From IMG/VR virus record IMGVR_UViG_3300032219_001391, positions 1 through 64,000 of that record: a stretch of DNA of 64,000 nucleotides; one strand, written 5' to 3'. This stretch comes from a virus. Lineage: Duplodnaviria; Caudoviricetes. A program made the translations under genes and the position numbers. The first letter of the stretch is position 1. Each line of letters starts with the position of its first letter. This document shows positions 48,847-58,614 of the stretch, in pieces. Under the pieces are notes generated by a model. It was not told the DNA's origin, did not search any database, and saw only the letters and a program-made list of their open reading frames with translations.

Positions 48847-49497
48847 ATGAATACCGACTTATTAAATTTATCTAAATCTATATCTAAATATGTTGTTGGT
48901 ATGGAGGGTAACATATCAAGAAAAAACAAAAATAGTATTACAATAAAGGCTAGTGGTGCTAAGATAAATAACATTACAAATGATGATTTTGTTGATGTTG
49001 ATTTTGATGGTACTCAACTAAATAATTTTGACAAAAAGGGTAGTATTGAGTTGGGGTTTCATCTTTTCTTATTAAGTAATTTTGATATAAAATATGTCTC
49101 ACATACACATCCTACAAATACTTTAAAGATACTGACAACAAACAAGTCAAAATTATTTGCGGAAAAAAGATTCTTTCCTGATCAAGTTGTTTTTAATGGT
49201 AAAAAGTCATGTTTAGTTCCCTACGCAAAACCAGGTGTTGATTTGACAAATAGTATTAAAAAATCAATCCATTCATTCATATCTGAGGAGAATTTTTTTC
49301 CAAAACTAATATTATTAGAAAATCACGGAATAATTGTATGTGGTAACACTATAGATGAATGTACGATAATTACAGAAATTTGTGAAAAGTCTGCAGAAAT
49401 TTTTCTAACTCAATTTGAAATAAACTATTTAAGTGATTCTGAAATCAATAACTTAATTACTGATAAAAATGAAATATATAGACTTAGTAAAGTATGA
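48847..49497 (+). CDS. Class II aldolase/adducin family protein
   Basis: EGNIS, IKASG, SIELGFH, HTHP, LENHG. Confidence 0.85.
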   Translation: MNTDLLNLSKSISKYVVGMEGNISRKNKNSITIKASGAKINNITNDDFVDVDFDGTQLNNFDKKGSIELGFHLFLLSNFDIKYVSHTHPTNTLKILTTNKSKLFAEKRFFPDQVVFNGKKSCLVPYAKPGVDLTNSIKKSIHSFISEENFFPKLILLENHGIIVCGNTIDECTIITEICEKSAEIFLTQFEINYLSDSEINNLITDKNEIYRLSKV

Positions 49498-49787
49498 AAA
49501 TAATATACGTAGATATTGACGAAACAATATGTGTAACGTCGGAAGATAGAAAATATGAAAACTCAAAACCAATATTTAAAAACATTAGTAAAATTAATAA
49601 ACTTTACGATGAGGGAAATACAATAGTATATTGGACTGCAAGAGGTAGTAGAAAACAGATTAATTGGTATGATTTAACTTTGGAGCAATTAAATAATTGG
49701 GGTGCGAAATTTCACGAACTAAGAGTAGATAAACCATATTACGATCTCTTTATTGATGATAAAACATGTGACATTAAAGATATATGA
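49494..49787 (+). CDS. Small HAD phosphatase (capsule-biosynthesis type)
   Basis: YVDIDETI, YWTARG, FIDDK. Confidence 0.8.
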   Translation: MKIIYVDIDETICVTSEDRKYENSKPIFKNISKINKLYDEGNTIVYWTARGSRKQINWYDLTLEQLNNWGAKFHELRVDKPYYDLFIDDKTCDIKDI

Positions 49788-50665
49788 ATTTTTCTTTAGA
49801 CAAGATAACCATTTCATCTTATGAAATGGGTTTTATTTTAATAAAAAATAATAGTGGTTTCTGTTATGATGAAAATAAATCGTTTATTTTAGAGTCTAAC
49901 GATTCTTGTTACCTTTTTAATGGTATTTGTAATCCACCACAAATTGTTTCTGAAGATACGTTTTTAAATTTTAAGATAATTCCATTTTTAACCAATTTCC
50001 ACACTGGAGTACATGCGTATTCAGGTATATATTCAATGTTAAATGAGTATATGAAAAACTATAATTTATATGTTGATTATAAAATTTGTGTTTATAAAAA
50101 CATACAAAAAGGAATTTTAGACATATTATATGAATTTTTTGATAAATCAAAAATAGTATTATTAAATCAAGATATTGTTTATCGGTTTTCAGAAATAAAA
50201 ATAATACCTAACTCATTACATAGTTTTTTAGAAAATAAAAACATAACTAAGGAAATATCTGAACTACTCATTACAAAAGTTAAAAAATCAAATAACGAGA
50301 TATATCCAAAAAAAATAGCAATTTTTAAAACGTTTGATACCTCAGTAACATCAACAATGGGTGCTATAAATTTTGATGATGCTAAAAATTATTGTATAAA
50401 TAATGGATATGATCTAATTATACCTGAAAAATTAGGTGAAGTTAATTTAATTAACTATATTAATAATTGTGAAGAAATAATTTTTTCATGGGGTACCACT
50501 TTTATGAAAAATTTTATTTTTATTTCAGAAAAATGTTTAAAATCTAAAGTTTTTGTATTCGGTAATGAATTTAATTATGAATACAATGATGCTATAAGAA
50601 GAGATATATTAATACAAAAATATAAAAATTGTACTTTTGAGTACGTAATAAACGAATTAAAGTAA
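49784..50665 (+). CDS. GT61-like glycosyltransferase
   Basis: HTGVHAYS, IIPEKLGEV.LINYINNCEEIIFSWG. Confidence 0.5.
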   Translation: MNFSLDKITISSYEMGFILIKNNSGFCYDENKSFILESNDSCYLFNGICNPPQIVSEDTFLNFKIIPFLTNFHTGVHAYSGIYSMLNEYMKNYNLYVDYKICVYKNIQKGILDILYEFFDKSKIVLLNQDIVYRFSEIKIIPNSLHSFLENKNITKEISELLITKVKKSNNEIYPKKIAIFKTFDTSVTSTMGAINFDDAKNYCINNGYDLIIPEKLGEVNLINYINNCEEIIFSWGTTFMKNFIFISEKCLKSKVFVFGNEFNYEYNDAIRRDILIQKYKNCTFEYVINELK

Positions 50666-50672
50666 ACTTAAA

Positions 50673-51290
50673 ATGGGTGATTATTTAATGAAATTTGAAC
50701 AAGAGTATTTTGATACAATAAAACACAATTGTGACATTATTTTTGACGTTGGGGTTGGGGATTTTTCAGTATTTTTTGAGGAACCTAATCTTGAGGTTCA
50801 TTATTTTGAACCGTTTAAAAGATCATACGATTTGTTGAACGGTTTAGATATTAAAAATAAAAAATATTTTATAAATAACTTCGGTCTTAGCGATAGTAAT
50901 GAAATTGTTCAATATTATGAGGAAGGGTCTCTCTTTGATAGAAAACTAACTAATAAAATATTAGAAGAGTGTCTTGTTAAGACTGGCAAAGAATATTGTA
51001 TTGAAAATAATATTTCACATATCGACTTTCTTAAAATAGACGTTGAGGGTATGGAAACTAAAGTACTTTTAGGGTTTGGTGATTTTCTAAAAAATGTTAG
51101 GTATATCCAATTTGAGTATGGTATTGGATTACAAGATGCCGGAAGTAATTTATCCGAAATAACACAATTACTTAATGAGTATGGGTTTAAAGATTTTTAT
51201 CGTGACGGTAACGTAAAATTAGAAAATTCAAATGATTTTTGGCAATGGTGTAATATTAACAGTGAAAATGTAAATTTTATTAAAGAATGA
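50673..51290 (+). CDS. FkbM-family methyltransferase
   Basis: IFDVGVG, HYFEP, FGLSD, IDFLKIDVEGME, IQFEY. Confidence 0.85.
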   Translation: MGDYLMKFEQEYFDTIKHNCDIIFDVGVGDFSVFFEEPNLEVHYFEPFKRSYDLLNGLDIKNKKYFINNFGLSDSNEIVQYYEEGSLFDRKLTNKILEECLVKTGKEYCIENNISHIDFLKIDVEGMETKVLLGFGDFLKNVRYIQFEYGIGLQDAGSNLSEITQLLNEYGFKDFYRDGNVKLENSNDFWQWCNINSENVNFIKE

Positions 51291-51733
51291 TTAAAATATC
51301 ACATAGAGGTAATATAACAGGGTCTAACGTTGAAAAAGAAAATCGTCCGAGTTATATTGACGTAGCATTACAATTAGGTTATAATGTTGAAATAGACATT
51401 AGATTTATTAATAACGAATTTTGGTTAGGTCACGATTTTCCACAATACAAAGTAGATTTGAATTGGTTAAGTTTAAGAAAAGATAAATTATGGATACACT
51501 GTAAAGATAAAAATTCAGCATCTGAATTTTTGAAATGTAATCAAGGTTTTAATTTTTTTTGTCACACTATGGATCATTATGTTTTAACAAGTTCCGGTCA
51601 TATATGGTTACATGATTTGTCGTCTAATGTTGATGAAACAACAATAATACCCCTATTAAATTTGGAGGATATTGAAAACTATATTGGGAATGTTCCTTTT
51701 GCAATATGTTCTGATTATGTAAGTGTTTTATAA
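51287..51733 (+). CDS. Small GDPD/PLC-like phosphodiesterase-family protein
   Basis: ISHRGN, ENRP, VEIDIR, LGHD, WIHCK, ICSD. Confidence 0.7.
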   Translation: MIKISHRGNITGSNVEKENRPSYIDVALQLGYNVEIDIRFINNEFWLGHDFPQYKVDLNWLSLRKDKLWIHCKDKNSASEFLKCNQGFNFFCHTMDHYVLTSSGHIWLHDLSSNVDETTIIPLLNLEDIENYIGNVPFAICSDYVSVL

Positions 51734-51734
51734 A

Positions 51735-53294
51735 ATGGATAATATACAATTAATAATACCAATGTCGGGAGTTGGTAGAAGGTTTATAAACTCAGGTTAT
51801 TCCGAACCAAAACCTCTAATTGAGGTTGACGGTAAAACTATGATAGAACACGTTTTAAATTTGTTTCCAGGTGTTAATGACATTACATTTATATGTAATA
51901 AAAAACATTTAGAAACGACAAATATGAGACAAGTTTTACTAACTTTGAGACCTGATTCTAAGATTGTTGAGGTTGGTAATGATTTAAAAAAAGGACCTGT
52001 TTATGCAATATCTGAAAGTTTTGATTTTATTGACGATAAAAAAGAGATAATAATCAGTTATTGTGATTATAGTAGTGTTTGGAATTTTGATGAATTTTTA
52101 AAAATTAGAGAAAAGTATGATGGTATTATACCTTGTTATACCGGATTTCATCCTCACATGTTAGGAACTGATAATTATGCATTCTGTAAGGTAGTTGATG
52201 GTTATGTATCTGAAGTTAAAGAAAAAGAACCTTTTACCGATAACAAAATGAATGAATATGCATCAAATGGTACTTATTATTTTAAATCAGGAGAAGTTGT
52301 TAAAAAATACTTTAAAGAGATAATATCCTTAGATATTAATGTTAATGGAGAATATTATGTAAGTTTAGTATATAATCTATTAATTAGGGATGGTTCAAAG
52401 GTTGGTATTTTTGAAATAGATAAGATGTTACAATGGGGAACACCTTACGATTTGGAAATTTATAAAGGGTGGTCATCTTATTTCAATAAACTGAAAGTGT
52501 GGAACCCTTCGTCAAAATGTCCAAAAAACACAACTCTTATATTACCTATGGCGGGTAAAGGGAGTAGATTTTCTAACGTGGGTTATGATGTCCCAAAACC
52601 ATTATTACCAATAAATAATAACCTTATGATCATTGAAGCAGTAAATTGTTTACCGAAAACAGACAAAAAAACTTTTATGTGTTTAAATGATCATATATTG
52701 AAATATTCAATAGATAATACATTACTGACTAATTTTGAAAACAGTAATGTTGTGAAAATTACTAAAACTACAGAAGGACAGGCTTGTACTTGTGAGATAG
52801 GTATTATTGAAAGTGAAATTAATGAAGATTATCCGATACTGATATCTGCCAGCGACAATGGAATATTATATGATAATCAAGAAATTCAAAGATTGTTAGA
52901 CGATGAAAACATAGATGTTATTGTTTGGTCCTTTAGAAATAATCAATCAAGTAAATTACAACCAAACTCTTATGCGTGGTTAAGTGTTGATAATGAAAAT
53001 AATATACTTAATGTTTCTTGTAAAAAATTCATACATGACGATCCATTAAAAACACACGCAATTGTTGGTACTATGTTTTTTAGAAAAACCAAATATTTTA
53101 TTGACGGATTAAGAAAAAATTATGAAGAAAATATACGAACAAATAATGAATTTTATGTTGATGATGTTATAAATCAAAATATAAAAAATGGATTAGTTGT
53201 TAAAGTATTTGAAGTTGAGAATTACATTTGTTGGGGAACCCCTAATGATTATTTAACTTATAACTATTGGTATGAATATTTTAACATACAATAA
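51735..53294 (+). CDS. Tandem two-domain sugar-phosphate nucleotidyltransferase-like protein
   Basis: Two copies of IP-M-(S/A)-G-x-G-x-RF...PKPL...(Q/C)WGTP-x-D. ATG at 51735. Confidence 0.8.
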   Translation: MDNIQLIIPMSGVGRRFINSGYSEPKPLIEVDGKTMIEHVLNLFPGVNDITFICNKKHLETTNMRQVLLTLRPDSKIVEVGNDLKKGPVYAISESFDFIDDKKEIIISYCDYSSVWNFDEFLKIREKYDGIIPCYTGFHPHMLGTDNYAFCKVVDGYVSEVKEKEPFTDNKMNEYASNGTYYFKSGEVVKKYFKEIISLDINVNGEYYVSLVYNLLIRDGSKVGIFEIDKMLQWGTPYDLEIYKGWSSYFNKLKVWNPSSKCPKNTTLILPMAGKGSRFSNVGYDVPKPLLPINNNLMIIEAVNCLPKTDKKTFMCLNDHILKYSIDNTLLTNFENSNVVKITKTTEGQACTCEIGIIESEINEDYPILISASDNGILYDNQEIQRLLDDENIDVIVWSFRNNQSSKLQPNSYAWLSVDNENNILNVSCKKFIHDDPLKTHAIVGTMFFRKTKYFIDGLRKNYEENIRTNNEFYVDDVINQNIKNGLVVKVFEVENYICWGTPNDYLTYNYWYEYFNIQ

Positions 53295-53298
53295 AAAA

Positions 53299-54267
53299 AT
53301 GAAGAGATCACTTATAACAGGAATTAATGGTCAAGATGGGTCTTATCTTGCCGAATTTTTACTAAACAAAGGGTATGATGTACACGGAACATTAAAAAGA
53401 AATTCAGTGTCAGAAAATCAAACATCTCGATTAGAAAGTATATACGAGAAAATTACCTTACATTATGCAGATTTAACCGATATGTCATCACTGATTTCGG
53501 TTATACAAAAAGTAATGCCAGATGAAATATATAACTTAGCCGCTCAATCACACGTTAGAATATCATTTGACCAACCATTATACACCGCAAATGTAACAGG
53601 TATTGGTACTTTGAATTTATTAGAGGCGGTTAAACTTATAAAACCGGACACTAAAATATACCAAGCATCATCATCAGAAATGTTTGGTAACTCGATAGAT
53701 TCGGACGGATTCCAAAGAGAAACGACACCAATGAACCCTGTATCACCATATGGTTGTGCTAAAGTATTTAGCTATAATATTTGTCGTAATTATAGAAATT
53801 CTTATGGAATGTTCATCTCAAATGGGATCTTGTTTAATCACGAATCACCAAGACGAGGAACTAACTTTGTGACAAATAAGGTATGTAAAGAAGCCGTTAA
53901 AATTAAATTGGGTTTGTCTAATGAATTAAAACTTGGTAATCTCGATGCTACCAGAGATTGGGGACATGCTAAAGACTATATTAAAGCTATGTGGGAAATA
54001 CTACAATTAGAACAACCCGATGATTTTGTTTGTTCAACAGGAATTTCACATTCAGTTAGAGAACTTTGTCAATATGTTTTTTCTAAGTTAGACTTAAATT
54101 GGTCTGATTATGTAAAACAAGATGAAAAATTTTTAAGACCTGAAGAATTGAATGACCTAAAAGGTGATTCGTCTAAATTAAAAAACGCAACAGGTTGGGT
54201 TCCTGACTATACTTTTGAGAGTATGTTAGATGAAATGATACAATATTGGTTAGAATATTATGGATAA
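53299..54267 (+). CDS. gmd: GDP-mannose 4,6-dehydratase
   Basis: LITGINGQDGSYLAEFLL, YNLAAQSHV, QASSSEMFG, SPYGCAK, NHESPRRG, RDWGHAKDY. Confidence 0.97.
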   Translation: MKRSLITGINGQDGSYLAEFLLNKGYDVHGTLKRNSVSENQTSRLESIYEKITLHYADLTDMSSLISVIQKVMPDEIYNLAAQSHVRISFDQPLYTANVTGIGTLNLLEAVKLIKPDTKIYQASSSEMFGNSIDSDGFQRETTPMNPVSPYGCAKVFSYNICRNYRNSYGMFISNGILFNHESPRRGTNFVTNKVCKEAVKIKLGLSNELKLGNLDATRDWGHAKDYIKAMWEILQLEQPDDFVCSTGISHSVRELCQYVFSKLDLNWSDYVKQDEKFLRPEELNDLKGDSSKLKNATGWVPDYTFESMLDEMIQYWLEYYG

Positions 54268-55165
54268 TAAAAAATTGTTAATTACCGGAAAAGGTCTTAT
54301 TGGTTCTGAATTTGTGAATGAACAAAAAATAGGATCTGAATATGATTTAAGAAACAAAACCGTTTCCGATTTAATTATTAGTCATTATAATCCTGATTAT
54401 GTTATACACACAGCAGGTAAGGTAGGTGGTTTAGGTGCTAATATGAATATGTTAGGTGAGTTCTTCTATGACAATATTATGATGAATACTAATATAATTG
54501 AAAGTTGTAGAAAATATAATGTAAAAAGACTGATATGTTTTTTATCAACGTGTGTATTCCCTGACAATGTTGAATATCCCCTAACCGAAGATAAAATCCA
54601 ATTAGGACCTCCTCACCCATCTAATTTTGGTTATGCTTATGCTAAAAGAATGGCACAGGTTCAAATTGATGCCTATAATAAACAATATGGGACAAAATAC
54701 TTTTCGGTTATACCTTGTAACGTATATGGACCCAACGATAACTATAATTTGGAAAATGGTCACGTAATCCCTTCCTTGATCCACAAAACATATTTAGCTA
54801 AGAAAAACAATACTGATTTAGTAATATGGGGTTCAGGTAACCCATTAAGAGAATTTATATATTCTAAGGACATTGCGAAAATTTGTATGATCCTGATTGA
54901 AAAATATAATGATACTGAACCGATTATTTTATCTACATCACAAGAAATAACAATACGTGATGTAGTTGAAATGATTGTTGAAATAATTGGATTTGAAGGT
55001 AATGTGATATACGATACTTCCAAACCTGATGGACAATATAGAAAACCATCCGACAACTCAAAACTTTTATCTATCATTGGTGATTTTGAATTCACACCAT
55101 TAAGAACTGGTCTTGAAGAGACTATTGAGTTTTTTGTAAAAAACTATAATATTTTAAGAAAATAA
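54260..55165 (+). CDS. fcl: GDP-L-fucose synthase
   Basis: AGKVGG, FLSTCVFP, YAYAKR, PCNVYGPNDN, HVIPSLI, WGSGNPLREF, KPDG. Confidence 0.95.
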   Translation: MDNKKLLITGKGLIGSEFVNEQKIGSEYDLRNKTVSDLIISHYNPDYVIHTAGKVGGLGANMNMLGEFFYDNIMMNTNIIESCRKYNVKRLICFLSTCVFPDNVEYPLTEDKIQLGPPHPSNFGYAYAKRMAQVQIDAYNKQYGTKYFSVIPCNVYGPNDNYNLENGHVIPSLIHKTYLAKKNNTDLVIWGSGNPLREFIYSKDIAKICMILIEKYNDTEPIILSTSQEITIRDVVEMIVEIIGFEGNVIYDTSKPDGQYRKPSDNSKLLSIIGDFEFTPLRTGLEETIEFFVKNYNILRK

Positions 55166-55169
55166 TTAA

Positions 55170-55889
55170 ATGACTAGACGTAAATCAAACTTGTCTTTAG
55201 AAGAGTCAAAACCTTTATCTAAAAAAGACATCATTAACAAAATTGTTACAAAAAAATCAAAAGATAAGTTTTTAACTGACAATCAAAAAAAATATTACGA
55301 TACTTTATCTAATAACCAAATAACGATTTGTTCAGGTCCTGCGGGTGTTGGTAAATCATACATCGCGATGAAAGCGGCTGTTGATTTATTGGTTGATTAT
55401 AACACACCATATGAAAAAATTATTATTGTTAGACCAGCAGTTGAAGCTGAGGAAAAATTGGGAGCACTTCCGGGTAACCTTGAAGAAAAATTGGATCCTT
55501 ACATCTTTCCATCATATTACTTATTAAGTAAAATTATTGGTAAAGACGCTAAAGAAAAATTAGTAGAGAATGAGGTTGTTGAGGTATTCGCTTTAGCATA
55601 TATGAGAGGGATGAATATTGACAACTCAATCTTGATCTTTGAGGAAGGTCAAAACGCGACCCCTAAACAGATGAAACTACTAATGACACGTATTGGGTCT
55701 AATAGTAAGTTTTTCATCTCAGGTGACTTAGAACAGACCGACAGGTATAAAGAAAAAACACAATCGGGATTGTACGACGCTCTTCGGAGATTTAATGATA
55801 TTAACGATATTGGTATCTTTGAATTTTCAAATGAAGATGTTGTTAGAAATCCACTTATTTCTAAAATATTAAAAAAATACGAAGAATGA
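55170..55889 (+). CDS. phoH: PhoH-family ATPase
   Basis: GPAGVGKS, RPAVEA, LGALPG, AYMRG, EEGQN, TRIG, GDLEQTD, VVRN. Confidence 0.95.
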   Translation: MTRRKSNLSLEESKPLSKKDIINKIVTKKSKDKFLTDNQKKYYDTLSNNQITICSGPAGVGKSYIAMKAAVDLLVDYNTPYEKIIIVRPAVEAEEKLGALPGNLEEKLDPYIFPSYYLLSKIIGKDAKEKLVENEVVEVFALAYMRGMNIDNSILIFEEGQNATPKQMKLLMTRIGSNSKFFISGDLEQTDRYKEKTQSGLYDALRRFNDINDIGIFEFSNEDVVRNPLISKILKKYEE

Positions 55890-56482
55890 GGATTGGTATT
55901 GATGTGAATGGTGTACTTAGAGACACAATTGGTAAGTTTAAACAAACTTATGAGAAGTTCTTAATAGAAAAATCTGAAATTTTTGAAAACGATGAGTTTG
56001 AATATAAAATTACAGAACCTATTGATACCTTAAATTTAATGGATCATTTTACTTTTAAGGATGAAGAAGAATATTTGTCTTTTATGTACGATGAATTTCC
56101 TATGCAGATTTTTGGTCATGCAGGATCTACCGAACTATCAACATTCCATGATTTACAAGATTTTTATTTAGGGAATAGAGACAAACACGAAATAACTATT
56201 TTTTCACAAGAAAAAGGTAAAACCAAACCGGCAACATTGTTTTTTTTGTCAAAATTTGGTTGTGAGGTTGAATCCGTTAAATTCTATAATCAATCAACGA
56301 TTGATAAATTATGGGAAGATTATGATTTAATTTTAACAAGTGATCCCGAATTACTTTCAAAAGTTACAATTTTTACTATATTGATAAAATACAATACAGA
56401 GTACAATAAAAATAGTAAGATTACTTGGAACGTAGACACGTTCAAAGAATTTAACGAACTAATTAAAAAAGAAATAAAATGA
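55886..56482 (+). CDS. HAD 5'(3')-deoxyribonucleotidase-like protein
   Basis: RIGIDVNGVLRD; C-terminal YNTEYN; later HAD motifs degenerate. Confidence 0.6.
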   Translation: MRIGIDVNGVLRDTIGKFKQTYEKFLIEKSEIFENDEFEYKITEPIDTLNLMDHFTFKDEEEYLSFMYDEFPMQIFGHAGSTELSTFHDLQDFYLGNRDKHEITIFSQEKGKTKPATLFFLSKFGCEVESVKFYNQSTIDKLWEDYDLILTSDPELLSKVTIFTILIKYNTEYNKNSKITWNVDTFKEFNELIKKEIK

Positions 56483-56754
56483 TTGAAGTATTCGGAGAAC
56501 ATTATTTCATCGACATTGATAAGATGGAACAATTCATTAACATACCAAAAACAGAACCTGTTAGTGGTGACACAAATGAACAACATATCAGTGTTGTTAA
56601 ATACGAAGTGGTTAAAACTATGATTGATGTAATCATGGGAGAAAACGAAGAGTTTGATGATAACTTGGGTCTTAAAAGTGCGAAAGGGGCTTCACTACCT
56701 TTCAAAATAGCTTTCAATACAATGCTTAAACATAAATTAATTGAACACTTATAA
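56479..56754 (+). CDS. Hypothetical protein
   Basis: 91-aa coupled ORF. Confidence 0.6.
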   Translation: MIEVFGEHYFIDIDKMEQFINIPKTEPVSGDTNEQHISVVKYEVVKTMIDVIMGENEEFDDNLGLKSAKGASLPFKIAFNTMLKHKLIEHL

Positions 56755-56755
56755 T

Positions 56756-57808
56756 ATGGATCAAAACTTAAAAGTTAAGTTGGAGACCTCGATCTCTAAT
56801 ATGGAGAATAAATCATCCAAGATTTATTTCTTTGTACAAGACACAATGGGAAATGCCAAAGCCTCAATTAGACACATTTACAAAATGGCTATGGTTCTCA
56901 AAAAAGAAGGATATAATCCTATAATGCTACACGAAAAACCTGACTACACCGGTATTGGTGGATGGTTAGGTGTTGAATATGCTGAGTTACCTCACCAATC
57001 TATTGAGGGTACTCAACTTATGGTTGCCCCTGAAGACTTTTTAATCATTCCTGAAATCTTTGGATTTGTTATGGAACAAGTTAAAGATTTACCTTGTGGT
57101 AAAGTGGTACTATGTCAAGCATATGACCACATGTTAGAAACATTGGCACCAGGTATTGGTTGGTCACAATATGGTTTTTATAAATGTATTACAACTTGTG
57201 AAACACAGAGACAACAGATTGATAAAATCATGAAAGGGGTTTCAATTGATATTATTGAACCAACAATATCAAGTTGTTTTGAAAAACAAAAATATCCACC
57301 AAAACCTATTATTGCTGTACATGCAAGAGAACAAAGAGATGGTTTGAATTTAATTAAACAATTCTATTTGAGATTCCCACAATACAGATGGTTTACATTT
57401 AGAGATTTGAGAGGTATGTCTGAAGAAGAATTCTCAAATTCATTAAAAGATTGTTTTGTATCGGTATGGATTGATCCTACCAGTGGTTGGGGATCGTTTC
57501 CTTTGGAATCTATGAGATCAGGAGTTCCTGTTATCGGTAAAACACCTAATTTGGTTCCTGATTGGATGAATGAAAAAAATGGTATTTGGGTAGAAAATCA
57601 AAATCATATTATTGATGTATTAGCCGATTTTTGTCAAAACTGGCTTGAGGATAATATTTTAGAAGAACTATATACGAATATGGAAGAAACGTCAAACAAA
57701 TATATTGACGAAAATAAATTTGAGACTTTAGTTGTTTCCAGTTTTGAAGGTTACTTAAATACTAGAAAACAATCTTTTGTTGATCAACTTCAAAAAATTA
57801 GTGAATAA
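56756..57808 (+). CDS. GT-B-like glycosyltransferase
   Basis: IIPEIF, SVWIDPTSGWGSFPLESMRSGVPVIG. ATG at 56756. Confidence 0.7.
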   Translation: MDQNLKVKLETSISNMENKSSKIYFFVQDTMGNAKASIRHIYKMAMVLKKEGYNPIMLHEKPDYTGIGGWLGVEYAELPHQSIEGTQLMVAPEDFLIIPEIFGFVMEQVKDLPCGKVVLCQAYDHMLETLAPGIGWSQYGFYKCITTCETQRQQIDKIMKGVSIDIIEPTISSCFEKQKYPPKPIIAVHAREQRDGLNLIKQFYLRFPQYRWFTFRDLRGMSEEEFSNSLKDCFVSVWIDPTSGWGSFPLESMRSGVPVIGKTPNLVPDWMNEKNGIWVENQNHIIDVLADFCQNWLEDNILEELYTNMEETSNKYIDENKFETLVVSSFEGYLNTRKQSFVDQLQKISE

Positions 57809-58614
57809 TGAATAAATTTAATGTATCGGTAGTATTACCCATCAAGTCTTCAGTGGTTAAAGATTTTGATGTTTATTTTGAAAAAGCAATCACATCATTA
57901 AAAACCCAAATTGTAGGGATCAATGAATTAGTTATCGTTCATACAAATGAGACACAATTACTAGAAAAATTAGAGTCGTTTGACTTTGGTGATCTTAATG
58001 TTGTAAAAGTTTTATTTGAAGGTACACCATCATTTCAAGCACAAGTGAACCTTGGTATTGAAAAATCAACAGGTGATTGGGTTTCCATTTTTGAATTTGA
58101 TGATGAATATTCATCAATTTGGTTTAAGAATGTTAAGAAGTATGTTGATGCATATGGTGATGAAGTTGACGCTTATTTACCTATTGTTGTTGATGTTGAT
58201 AACAAGGGAGTATTTGCAGGATTTACAAATGAGGCAACATTTGCGGCGGCATTTGCAATGGAAGTTGGATACTTAACAAATGATATGTTACACGACTATC
58301 AAAATTTCCAATCATCAGGTATGGTTGTAAGAAGAGAAAGATTGATGGAATGTGGATTATTCAAAGAGAGTTTCAAATTAACCTTTGTATATGAACTCTT
58401 ATTAAGATTAACATACAACTCGTTAAAAATTATGACGATCCCAAAGATCGGATACAAACACCAAAATATGAGAGAAGGATCTATCTTTTGGAACTATAAG
58501 TTTGGTGACGATCGTGTTACCGATGAAGAAGTTCAGTTTTGGTTGTCGGCAGCAAAAAAAGAGTATTTCTTCAAGAATGATAGAAATCTAAAATTCGAAC
58601 CCAAAAACGCTTAA
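57808..58614 (+). CDS. GT2-like glycosyltransferase
   Basis: VSVVLPI, QVNLGIEKSTGDWVSIFEFDD, YELLLRL. Confidence 0.75.
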   Translation: MNKFNVSVVLPIKSSVVKDFDVYFEKAITSLKTQIVGINELVIVHTNETQLLEKLESFDFGDLNVVKVLFEGTPSFQAQVNLGIEKSTGDWVSIFEFDDEYSSIWFKNVKKYVDAYGDEVDAYLPIVVDVDNKGVFAGFTNEATFAAAFAMEVGYLTNDMLHDYQNFQSSGMVVRRERLMECGLFKESFKLTFVYELLLRLTYNSLKIMTIPKIGYKHQNMREGSIFWNYKFGDDRVTDEEVQFWLSAAKKEYFFKNDRNLKFEPKNA

